DNA of 64,000 nt, from contig CM120647.1 in the NCBI GenBank assembly GCA_051362555.1, forward strand, positions 992,001-1,056,000. Direction: 5' to 3'. The notes beneath the pieces are model-generated. The model searched no databases. It was not told the origin of the DNA and saw only the letters and a list, made by a program, of their open reading frames with translations. Within the stretch, counting starts at the first letter, position 1. Each line of letters opens with the position of its first letter. Positions 1 through 12,900 of the stretch are shown here, piece after piece. The stretch is from Lingula anatina. Its lineage: Eukaryota; Animalia; Brachiopoda. Both the position numbers and the translations under genes were made by a program.

Positions 1-428
1 ACCCCTCCAATAACCACCTGATGTAAGTACATTTTCTTCAAAAATGTATAGGGAGACATGGTGGTTCAACATACAACGAAATGATTTAATTGAAAATGGT
101 ATAAAATATCCCAGTCAAGCAAAGATCCCTGAGTAAGAAAATATTGCTTATTCTTAAGGAAAATGTGACTTAGTTGGAAAGCCCAGATAGGATGACTTTG
201 AACATTTACAGGTGATTTGGGAGGGGTGGGGGGGGGGGGGGGGGATGGAAGAGAATGACAGCATGCTTGTCAATGTCTCTGACAGTAAAAAGGAACATTA
301 CATGGAATGGTTCTCAAAAGCCAAATAGAAAAGTTTAGTGATCAGGTCGCCAGTAATAATGTAACGGTTCCAAAAGGGGTAACTAGAAAATGTGACACCA
401 GTTAAGAGTACTTCTGGCAGAGCCTCAC

Positions 429-1842
429 CTGGGTGAAGTGTGTCCCATATCTTCTGATTCAGATCTTTATATTTGATGTGTTCCTGTAACCTGGCAGGGT
501 CTATTGTCTTTTTCCTCTCAGTGAATTCTCTGTCCAACATGTCCGCCATGCCCACCGTGTCACCAGTGCTCTGGGGTGGTCAAAAGGAATTACTTAACAA
601 TGAGTAAGCATACTGTTCTATGGGTACTTACACAAACTTACACAAGAATTTGAATAAAGAGGTGAATTAATTTGAAAAACACCCATATTTATAACACACT
701 AACTGTTTGACAATCCTCTGTTCATAAGCAAAGAGAGTTGTACATATGTAACTGTTACATTTTCTTGTGTAAATCTAATCCAATCCTTTTTTTATCAAAG
801 AATGCTGCTCATAGAAATGTACAAAATACAGTGAAATTGAATAAAAGAGCACAAAGTATAGCACAAACGCAATTTATGCAAGTTATTTGACCCAATCTAA
901 AAAAAAATTATTCCAGAACCAAAAAAAAAAAAAAAAAAAGCTTACAGTACTGATATTTTCTACAAGACCACAAGATGTCACTTTGACAAGAGAAGACAGG
1001 TTCCAGTTTACCTGAGTTTTGACGTGATCAACTGCGGAGAGGAAATGCTGAAGCTCAGCCTCCATGCTTATATACTGCAGCATCATGTCTTTTAACTCAT
1101 TCTCTTTATCCGTGCTCTCACCTAAATATAAACCATCAATATATGAACATCAAGACTTTCCACATCACAAAATGATTAGAAGTATTTTAAGCACTAAATC
1201 TTTGGAATGTAATGTTAACATCAGTCATGCGATCTGAAGTCTAGGGAGTGTTGATGATTCTTCCTAAAACCCGTTAGTCTAGATACCCTTGAGCTCAGAA
1301 AGAATCGGACATTACCAAAAGTAACAATTTTTAACAACTGGTTACGCCCCTCTTTTATACATGGATTGCGTTACTTGAACACAATGCATGAGTTATCAAC
1401 AGACAATACATTGCAGCATGGGATGTTAACCCTGGTCTAAACAGAGGTATCAGCTCTAATACCCTATAACTATCACTGTTAGCTAGATATCGCTGTGAGC
1501 TAGCTGTTAACAGATAATCTAGAGGGTTCTTTCTGACCTCAACTATATGTGTTGTTGTTATTTACTTATAAACTGTTACACTGGTCAATTACAGCCAACT
1601 GCACATCTCACTGTGGGCTCTTTTCATTAATTGACCATCTCTCCCCCCTCTCTTCTCAAGTTAACGCCAGAATGTAGTTATCACATTTATCACTGTATGA
1701 TCACACCTTTGTCACACTGCACAAAGTCTTGTGTCACGTCTATAACGGTCTCCATTCCAACTGTGATGTAGTCTTTCACTTTATCCAGCTTTTCCAGAGC
1801 TTGGTCAACCACGGCGAAGCGGGCTTGGTGATTGCCAGGCAT
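429..1842 (-). CDS. NSMCE2: E3 SUMO-protein ligase NSE2/MMS21 (SMC5/6 subunit), N-terminal exons; gene continues past the left edge
   Basis: GT-AG exons 1842-1707, 1121-1012 and 570-429 join in frame: MPGNHQARFAVVDQALEKLDKVKDYITVGMETVIDVTQDFVQCDKGESTDKENELKDMMLQYISMEAELQHFLSAVDHVKTQSTGDTVGMADMLDREF...; this resembles the vertebrate NSE2 N-terminal helical region. The SP-RING is not in the window. A possible next exon starts at 17, and a probable 5'UTR exon donor lies near 2181. Confidence 0.75.
1291..1540. mobile_element. Probable MITE in an NSMCE2 intron
   Basis: Terminal inverted repeats gagctcagaaagaa / ttctttctgacctc; no clear TSD. Confidence 0.4.
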
Positions 1843-2179
1843 TTTGTTGCTTGGTCTGCAATCAAAAACAAACACTGGATGTGTCTTAAACGGCTCTCAA
1901 ATTCTGCCGTGCATTCTAGATATATTGGAATACAGAACTATATTAAAAGTGTAAATTACAATAAGAGGCAGGCATGATTTTTTTTTGACTGTATTAGGAT
2001 TCTGCATCAAACATATTTAAATTTCTTTTCGCAATAATTCTTTTCATCTAACATTTGAATAACCCTTCAACGTGCCAATAATTTTGTGAATCTTTCCCAA
2101 ATTTTTATTTTTTAAATGTGGCAAGTGACTAATCTGAATAAACAGGAAATTTGACAAATAGAAAGTGCTCTGTTTACAA

Positions 2180-2488
2180 ACCTTGCCGCGAATTGCACGG
2201 AATTGTGGGATATGTCAAGTCCGCAGCAACTGGCTTAAAAATATTTCCTCAAGTTATTGTGAAAAAAAATTCCATTTTACATATAAAGATTATTCTTAAC
2301 GCCAAAATAAAATGAAATACATTTCTTAGTTAACAGATTATATGATACTTGAAATAACTCTCAAAGATTCTGCAAAAATATAATTCGCTCCGTGACGAAG
2401 CTACTTTGAAATCGAGAATGGGAAGTGGGATTCAATCTCGCAGGAATTAATACTTAAACCTCGGGCTGCGCGTGCATCTGACGTCACG
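2180..2488. promoter_or_regulatory. Bidirectional promoter region NSMCE2/ASAP
   Basis: Divergent genes with ATGs at 1842(-) and 2489(+); locally CpG-rich; perfect CRE palindrome TGACGTCA at 2479-2486. Confidence 0.55.
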
Positions 2489-3876
2489 ATGCCTGACGTG
2501 CTGTCGGTGCCAGAATTCCTGGCAGAAACGTGGGAGGATTTCCACTCCCCCACGACCTCTGCGTTCGTCAGTAAGATGGGGCAGTGCCGCAACACAGTAG
2601 CAGGGCTTGAAGAGGTGTGTATGAAATTCCTCAATAATCACTTGAAAATATTTTTTACAGGGACTCAGATTTCCTCGCTCTCTATATTAACATTGCACCT
2701 GTTTGCTGCAGTTGCCTTGATTGCGATGCCAACAAGTCGTGAAAATGAATTTTTCAATGATTTGTTGAGATAATAGATTAAAGGGAAGATAATCTCGTTT
2801 TTACTGAAGTCTAGAGTAATCCGTTTATATGCATACAACTAAAATATTGAAATGGAAATAAAATGGGAGGCTGCGTCTGCAAGAGTTAATTGCAAAAGTT
2901 AAAGCATTTGTCTTGTAAGTCACTCTGTTGGAAAAACCCTGCTCCCAGTGTGAAGCTCTTCTCTGGATCATACATGATTCATAGTGACTGAACAGTTGTA
3001 TTGATCCTGATAATAATAGTATTAATGGTCCCTGCTTTGTTCTGTGAGCTGCTCTTTTGTTGTGTAGTGATCAACCCTGTTTTAGAATATTTCCAATAAT
3101 TAGCGTCCATTGACTCAGTGGGAGTACCAGTGCATGTTATTTCACAGGAGGGGGGCGTGTACATACATGGATTTGTTTCATGTCAATATTTTTAATGAGA
3201 AATGTATATATATACAGTATCATTTATGAGTCAGAACTAACAGTGTGAGTCTGTTAATGCAGTAAAGTTGTGGTGCTGTAACTCACCATGTGATAATGAT
3301 TGACAGTTTGCATGCAATCTCCTGGAGCAATAGATCTGTAATGTTGTCCTGACCCCTGAAACCCTAGATACGCTCCGTCGTGATTTATTGAGAAAAAGTC
3401 TACGGCTATAACTCATCTGTAACATTGACTGAATTATCTCCGGCCAAATCAGCATGTAGCTACTGCAGTGGAAATATTTTGAAATGAGTGAAACAGATAC
3501 TCGTACTGGCCTGTAGCCCGCAAATTCAAAGGGGTGGTTCTTTTTCTAAAAAAGTGGACCTTTTGTACAATGAAGTCTATATGTGTACTTAGATCAAATG
3601 TTACCCAAATGGACCTTTTCCTGGCAAAATGGGCAGTTCTTTCGAACCCCCCCTTCCCCCTGGCTACAGGCCTGTCGTATGTCTTGTATTTTTTTAGTCG
3701 GTTGGTCATATTCTCTCTCTCTCCCTCTCTCTCTCTCTCTCTGTTCACTTTCCTTTCCTCCTTCCTTCTCTTCTCTTCTCTCTTTGTCTTTCTCTCTCTC
3801 TCTCCATCACTTCCTTTTTTTGTTTTTCCTTTCCTTCCCTCCCTCTCTCTTTCTCTCTCTTTTCTCTTTTTTCTTT

Positions 3877-3921
<45 letters not shown>

Positions 3922-6900
3922 GTGTTAGTTCAGGAGGTATATACTAGTATATCAGTGTAGATCTGCAGGCTGCAGAAGACATGTTTTGTTGTGGAGGATA
4001 TAAATCAGTGCCAGGTGGGAGGGGAGGGAGGTCAGCTCACTTAGGCAGAAATTTGTCCTGGACAAAACTTGAATTTTGAGTAAAAATATTGAATCGGCAA
4101 AGAGAAAATCATAGCCAAAGAAAAATCTCTCGAGTTATTTCCTGTTTTGGCGATTTTTGGTGTCTGCCTTTATATGTTTTGTTTCAAATAATTACTAGTA
4201 GAAGGTGATGTTTTGGTCATGGTGAAAAAGGAGCTGTGATCAGATCACAGAAATATGATTGGTTTTAGAAAGATTTAGGGTAGTTACATCACAATTAATG
4301 TAAAACAAGTATAATAATAATAATAAAAAAAAAACAAGTACAATAAAAATATCAAATCACTGCTGCAGCAGTATGTTATGCTGTCAAAATCCCTGTTGAA
4401 AGCTGATTCATGACCAACATTTCACGATGGTAGTCTGCGATCTGCTATTAAACCAAGACAGTACTTGTAAGCTTAAAGGTGCTGGAGAACTCTGAAATTC
4501 TCAGTTGATATCCTCTTGGGGAAACCGTAAGTGCTCTGTATTGATTGTTGGCGTATGGTGTTCGTAACAAATCCTGCTCAGGAGAGAGAGATCCATCTCC
4601 ATAGAGCCTTGCCAAAATTATAGATTAACTAGCTGAACTGATAACCAGACTCTTCCACTAGTCTCGGGCTCTACTAGGGACCATTCCCAGACCCTGTGGT
4701 ACTTACTGTGGATCGATCTATCTCCTAGGAGATTCTTGCTAAATTGCAATCAACTTAAGCCTACTGAAGCTGCTAGGAGGTAATTAATTGTTGTTATAGT
4801 AGGGCTGTCAGACATCTTAGCCATTTAACCTGAAAGCATTTTAGCGAAAAAAAAAAAAAAAAACACTTGGGAGATGGATCCATAAGCTATTTAGCCAAGA
4901 AACCCTTGGAGATGGATTGATCCTGTTAAATCGATCTAGGTATTGGAACCCAGTCGTTGTCAATCTTCCCAATTTCCTTGCCACAATTAATGATAAGGTT
5001 TTTTAACTGATAACAGTGGGCTCTTCCGTATTTCTGGGTGTTCTCTTTTCCTTAACTGGTTCAAATTGGGTTATCTGTTATAACAGTGTTTAAGACAAAG
5101 AGAGCACACAACACGTCTGCCTGCAGGATAAGATAGTTATTACCGTACTGAAGAAGATGGACCCCAGGCAATGGGTGTATTAAATAATCTCTGGGTTGAA
5201 AGATGATCCAGGCAAAAAAAGGCTGGAAAATGTAGTTGGTGCTAGTAACTTTGCTTGATAGTTGGTAACAAGCTGCAATTTTTTTGAAGAAGTATTAATA
5301 GTCATTGTTTATAGAGGAAATCTGAGTACTAGTAATATGCTGTCTGAGATAAACAAGAGAAGACCACAAAAATGCCATAAAGTGTCTCTTTTTGTTTGCA
5401 ATTCAAGATCCAAAGTGTAAACTGTAATAAATTTCCTACAGATCCAGATCCAAAGTGTAAACTGTAATAAACTTCCTACAGATCCCAATCCAATGTGTAA
5501 ACTGCTATAAATCACTTACAAAGAAATTGAGATTTTTTGAGGTTTGTAGGTTACCATAAAAATTTCGTCATTTGCTGTATAATCTGTCTACATATATATT
5601 GACCATGGAGAGAGCTAGTGTGTGTTCACTATTAAATTATATGGTTTGTCTGCTCCCAGTGCACTTTACTGATAAGACCAGCCATCTTTATTTTATCATC
5701 ACCATCATCCATAACCAGGGCCATCTTTACACTTATCATCCACAGGCAGGGCTGTCTAACCCAACCAGTGCTTACTGTCAAGTTTTATATTGCCAAATTT
5801 TGAAATCCATTTTCACTGAGGACCTATTTTGATGTGGGGACATTTTATTAAATCATTAATTGATTTGATTACAAATTCAGAATTTGTCTTGGCAAATACT
5901 TGACTTACTCTGGTATGACTTTTGCCTCAGTTCATATCTTTAAGGGAGACTTTTTACAGGGTGATAAGAAATCGTAATTCAGGAGTTATTAGGACGTGGC
6001 AGATCTGTGGTTCAAACTTCATGGCCCCGGAGTGAGGATAGATGTTAGGATTGATTGGAAAATATCCTCATCATTGTTATCCTGAGCAAGGGCACTAGGG
6101 TGTTATAGTTGAGACTGGTATAGTGGATGACTAATAAAAATGATGGAAGTGTTTTTGTGGTGGAGAATCATAGCACTGTTTTTCTTTGTTAAAAAATACA
6201 TGGTGGAATATTAAAATGATTGGAAAGAATTTTTTTGTGTGTCTGGCTTAGAAGATAAATGGGCGATACATACAAGTAAGTAAGAATGATCATAAGATAG
6301 AGAGAATTATAAATGTTAAGCACAACATTCCAGGCCCTTGTCACACTTTCATGAAGATTTTTACAAGCTGCATTGACATTTGATACAACTCAAACCTTTT
6401 TCTTTTAATCAGAAAAATGTACTTGAATCAAACTTTTTTTCATCATCCGTTGTTGCCCAGATATGCATTTTAAAAAGTGGAAGAATTATATTCGTCAGTC
6501 AGGGTAATAAGGTAGAAATTTTTATTTTCAGACTTTGGATTTTGACCGGAGTGGACTAATAAAGATGAAGAAGTCAATTAAAGCCATTTATAATTCTGGA
6601 AACCGTAAGTAACCTAAACTTGTCAGCATCATTCCATTCATGTAACAATAAATATATATATTTTGTAGAATCCATTCTTTATTTTCTTTTAATGGATCAG
6701 TTTTGTGAAGTTGCCTAATTTGAAGTTCCATTTTTCCCATGGTTATTCCACACACACACACACACACACACACCCACACACACACACTACATTGTGTAAC
6801 ATTTGCATAATTTTGACTCGTCAAATTATTTTCTCTTCTTTATTCAATACAATACCCTCTATTGGACACAAATGTACAGTAGAAGCAATGTCAAAACATC

Positions 6901-9900
6901 ATGATGGGGCTGAAATAATTTTGTGGAATGACCCTTCTGATATTTTATCCAAATGCTAATCTCGTCTATTAAAAAAGATCATAGGGGCATTGATGACTGG
7001 GTTGGGTTATCATATATCAGTGACTTCCTACAAAATGGTCTGCAGGCCGTGGTGTAAACAAATGTTTATTTCAAAATACTACAGCTATGTCCTGCGTGCA
7101 TCACATTGCTTCTGCCAAATAATTAGTTGTATAGTCTATGAAATAATATTAAGAATAGGAAAACAAACAAAAGTAAGAATTGTTTTCTTTTTAAATGATA
7201 TTTAATTGCATTTGGATTTTTTCTCCATGTATAAACTGGACAGTCCTGACAGAACTGTTTTCAATTATAAAAACAACATTTTTACATAATTACACAAGAC
7301 AAATGATCTATAAATGTGAAATTCCTGATTTCGTATTTCAGTGCACGTAGCCAATGAACTTTATATGGCAGAAAACCTGGAGAAGCTGGGATGGAATGCC
7401 TTGAATAAAGAACAGGAACAAGAAATAGGTATGACACATTTGTGGATTTTTTCCCAGTGTTCAAGGGACATGTTTTTGAAAAGAGTTTAAATTATTTATA
7501 AAATACAGAAGTTTGTTTCCAGTATTCCAACCTTCAGCCCACTGTAACTCTCTTGTCGTTATATATTCATTTAGGAAAAAAAGCTAATTTTCATGCAGAT
7601 ATTTCTTGAAAATGATCAAACTTAAATTTCACCACAACGGAACAGATCTGACCAAATAAACATAAAGTTAGGCTACATTCAGAACAGTGGACTAACTAGT
7701 GCATAGGTCAGATATGGTGACCCACTACAAAAGCTTGTTGTCTAATCAGCTAATAGACACTGAATAGATATCCCGTGGGGAAGTATTCAAGTGGGTCAGC
7801 CATATTTGACCTGCGGACTAGTTAGTCCACTGTTCTGAATGTGGCCTTAGTTTAAAGCCGTACTTTAAATTATTAATATAAACATAGGAACTAGTCTCTG
7901 TTACTGATAATAACCATACGGGTGCTGTATGTCTTATTTTTCTGTCCTCCAGGGGCCGCCTTTCTCAAGTTTGCAGTCGTCACAAAGGAGTTGTCAGCAC
8001 TCATGAAAAACTTGGTAATTTGATATGTGTTTAACACTGTCAAGAACAGTTTGAAGTTGGTTTATTTTGTAAACTGCAGGTTCCACTTTGTAAAGTGAAA
8101 AGAAAAAGAGATTTAAAGCAATAATAACTCTTCGTTTCGGCCAAAAAATGAATTTTCCTGGAGTAAACAACAATTTTCCCATACTTACCAATGGTTAATG
8201 AATCCATTTTTACATTCAAAGTTAGTCCCTGGTTTTTTTCTAAAAAGTTTGGTTTTTTGTTAAAATCTCTTAAGAGATTTTAACAACGTATAGACATCAA
8301 TGGAGGTCGCGTGGTCTAAAGACAAGTTCAAATATCAGAATAAAAGCTATAACTTCTGTTTTTGTGGTAAAACAGAATATATTATATTTCTATTAGTTAT
8401 TCACAAGGTTTTTATTGTGAAATATAGGTCTCATACAAAGAGTTATTATGCCTTTAAGCCCTGTTGCTTTAGATTTAAGTGCAAGTTATATGAAATAAGA
8501 TTTAAGTCTGGTTTCTTCAAGAAAATAAATAGGTAAATGCAATGGCAGATATTAAGCTTATTGCACTATATTAGTTACTTTTATAAAGTCAGTTTGCTTT
8601 TATAAATAGAAAAAATTTAAGAATCTTCTTGAAAAAAAAATTATAAAAAAAAAATATTTCAGAAGAACAAAAAAAATTCAGAGTTGAAGTTGAACCAGTC
8701 TGTGACTATTTCAGATGCAGAACCTGAACAATATTGTGATGTTTCCACTTGATTCCTTTGTGAAGAGCGAGTTGAAAGGAGGGAAAGGTGATCTCAAAAA
8801 ACCCTTTGACAAAGCCTGGAAGGAGTACGAGTCCAAATTGTGAGTATTTGTGATAGCTTACTTTAAGTTGACCCTCATGAGGAGCTCATTTGTTTCTTAT
8901 TTATATATATATATATATTTTATTCACAAAAAGACATCAAAAATACATATGTAGACACACACACACACACAAGAACACACACAAGACATTCATTATACAT
9001 TAAGTAAACATGAAATATATGTAGATAGCCAGACTATGTACAAAACAGTATATTACAAATGATGCTGCACATTACACGATACAAACATTTTACATTTTAC
9101 ATAAAAGAGATTAGCGAAAAAGTAAAGTAAATTTATAAGTGGAGAACTATGTATATTTTTTTAATCATACTGCAGGAAACTGACAATAGAGTCAGTTACT
9201 TCATTTGGTGCCGTGCTCATTCGTTATTCCTTTCATTTGTTAGTACTGGCATTTGAATAAACCATTCGTATTATTTCTGCTCAGATATAATCATTATTAT
9301 TTGATAATTTTTATACCACACTACATGAAGTATATAGCATAGGTAGTGCATTATTACTTGTTTAATTGATCAAATATTTTTCAGTAATCTTTACTCAGTG
9401 CTTTTTGAAAAATATTAATGCTTTTAACATAGAAGCTTTATAGCACATGCTGTATCGTCCTTTGAAATGTATGCATGTTATAAAAAGTAAAACAAGAAAT
9501 CACCTCGTAAGCTTGTCTGATATATATTTATTTTCCTAACAATGCGTCCTAGTAACAGCGTTAGCTCAGGTCGGCTGCCGTTACTGCTACAGTGGTATAA
9601 CTTCAACAGTTCACAACATTTCAATGTCGCTAGCTTAGAGCCAGCTTAGCTTCTAGAGAAGGGATGCTTCTAGTAAGCCTTCTTGATGTATGCCTTGCTT
9701 GGGTAGCTTTGCTCAGATCTTGGCTTGGTCTGTTTGGAAAGTGTTTTTAAAGAACGTTTCAGGAAGAGATGAGGTGCTCAGAACCAGGGTTCTCCTATTC
9801 CTGTTTTCTCTGCCATCTTTTGAGGGTTCTATACAAGAAACGGTCACCACTCATTGGGTTTTATTTCAAATTCCTTGGCTAAAATTGTCCGCTAGACTTT

Positions 9901-12900
9901 TAAACTTGAGTGCAGTTTCAACCTGTACTGAAAAAATGGAGGTTATTTCTAAGGGACCATTCCCAGACCCTATCGTACTAACTGTGGATCGATCTATCTC
10001 CGAGGGGATTTTTGTTAAATTGCAATCAACTTAAGTGGCTTAGATGTCTGTCACACCTACTGAAGCTGTTAGAAGATAATTAATTATGGTTTAGCAGCTT
10101 CAGAAGGCGTGCCATACATCTAAGTCGCTTAAGCTGAAAGCAATTTAGCGAGAAACCTCTCGGAGATCGATCGATCCTGTTAGAGCCATCTAGGTATGGG
10201 TACCCAGTCTAAGAAACTGTCACCACAATTTGGGTTTGATTTCAAATTCCGAGGCTAACAGGTTTTCCTGTAGACTTAAACTTGGGGGCAGTTTAAACCT
10301 GTGCTGAGGAAACGGAGGTGATTTCTAAGTGAATAGTGACAGTGTAAGAGGCTGGTGGCTGGAGAAACGTCACAAAATGAGATTGCTGAAAATACGGTTC
10401 ACAGAGTTGTAATTAGAATCTCATCTAAAACAGAAGATATCTTGAATATGTGACTTTAAATTTCACTTCCTGGAATAAAATGTTCATGTCTATCAAAGAC
10501 TATTACTTTTAACTCTATACCTTTCGAAAAAATTTTAAATATATATATATTTTTTACAAAACCATACACATAAGGTTTGCACTGATATGTATTGCATTCC
10601 TCAATTTCAGTACAAAAATAGAGCAAGAAAGAAAGAAAATTGCCAAGGAAGCAGGCTTCCATAAGGCAGAAATCTCAGGACCAGAGGTAAGGTCAAGGTC
10701 ACTGAGGTAAGGTCAAGGTCAGATACAACCAATGTCAAGGTCACTTGTTTTGATATTGTATCATCATACAAAGAAAATTTTTAGAAAATGAATAAAGTTT
10801 ATATTTCACTTATGTGTAAAGAAGGTCAGTAGAAAAAACATTTAATGGAAAACATAATAGATTAAAAGCAAAAAAATTATGGGGACATGACATGCAGGAA
10901 TAGAAAAAATTATTTTATCTTTTTTGTTTATTAATAAGGTATAATTTTTCAGATTGCGGAGGAAATGGAGAAAGAAAGACGGATGTTTCAATTACAAATG
11001 TGTGATGTAAGTTTTGACTGTTTCCCCATACCATTTCTTATCAAAGCAGATAAGACAAAAAAATAAAGAAAGGACTAGTGTATAATATTTTTGTCATTTT
11101 CACGATTTAATGATTTTATAGATGTGGATCATTTTCAACTTTCCAGATTCTAGATTGTTTCCTTTATCTTCCAGTATCTGGTCAGAGTGAATGAAATCAA
11201 AACTAAGAAGGGAGTGGATCTCCTGCAACATATGGTGGAATTCTATCACGCTCAAACAAAGTAATAGAGAAAACTCTCATAAGAAGATCTAGAATAGTGT
11301 TCACATTTTCATGCTTGGCACATGTTAACACCGAGGTTGCTTTTGGATCAGTAAAATGTCACAGATTTTTGACTTGAATTCTGCAAATAAGTGGTATTTT
11401 GCACAGATGACAATGAGTTAAAGATTACCTCAAAAGAAATTTAAATTTTTGACAAAAACTGTTAACTGTTTTTACCTAAATGGCATGACTGGTTGACCTT
11501 TACATTTGAGACAAAATGCTCATTTGCTCCACACAAGATAAAAATTGCAATATTTTAACTCCTCTGATGTGAAACATTTTTTCCTGCAGTTTTTACCACG
11601 ATGGTCTAAAGACGATAGAACACTTCAACAGTTATATCCTGGAGCTGGTGACGACACTTGGCGCCATCAAACAGCGCCAGGACCAGGAGAAACGCCAGCT
11701 CATAGAACTCCGGGAAGAACTAAAGGGATCCATGACTACGCTGTACAAAGAGGTATAACAGTGATTATCTCGTTATTGTAACAGTTGTAAATATTGACCT
11801 TTTAAATGCAAAAAGGTGTCATACATCGCAATAAGACAAACAGGAAAGGGAAACTTTTTTCTTTCAAAGGTTGTGAGATTGGAGAGGAAGTTTATTATAT
11901 TTGAAAAAGTAAGCCAAGAAGCAGTATCTGCATTGGTCTTGGCTTTCTTTATCTTATTCAGTCAGCATTTTCTTATAATATCCTTACTGTGTCTGATTTG
12001 GTAATTTGGTGATCAGACAGTCAGTTTAATTAGATTACAATTTGCAGGCATTTCATTGATTTCACATAGCCAAAGTGTTGTGTTGCAGTCAACACATTGC
12101 TGTTGCTAATTCACTGTCACACCTAACACACTGTCATATCTAACACACTGTCATAGCTAACACACTGTCACATTAATTACACTGTCACACCTAACACACT
12201 GTCACATTTATTACACTGTCACACCTAACACACTGTCACATTTATTACACTGTCACACCTAACACACTGTCACATTTATTACACTGTCACACCTAACACA
12301 CTGTCACATTTATTACACTGTCACACCTAACACACTGTCACATTTATTACACTGTCACACCTAACACAATGTCACATTTATTACACTGTCACACCTAACA
12401 CACTGTCATAGCTAACACAATGTCACACCTATTACACTGTCACACCTAACACACTGTCACATTTATTACACTGTCACACCTAACACACTGTCATAGCTAA
12501 CACATTGTCACACCTATTACACTGTCACACCTAACACACTGTCACATTTATTACACTGTCACACCTAACACACTGTCACATTTATTACACTGTCACACCT
12601 AACACACTGTCACATTAATTACACTGTCACACCTAACACACTGTCATAGCTAACACACTGTCACACCTAACACACTGTCACATTTATTACACTGTCACAC
12701 CTAACACAATGTCACATTTATTACACTGTCACACCTAACACACTGTCATAGCTAACACAATGTCACACCTAACACACTGTCACATTTATTACACTGTCAC
12801 ACCTAACACAATGTCACATTTATTACACTGTCACACCTAACACACTGTCATAGCTACCACAATGTCACACCTAACACACTGTCATAGTTAACACACTGTC

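Noticed and set aside
3449-3960. ORFs of 99-137 aa
   Set aside because: Translation of a CT microsatellite and a MITE
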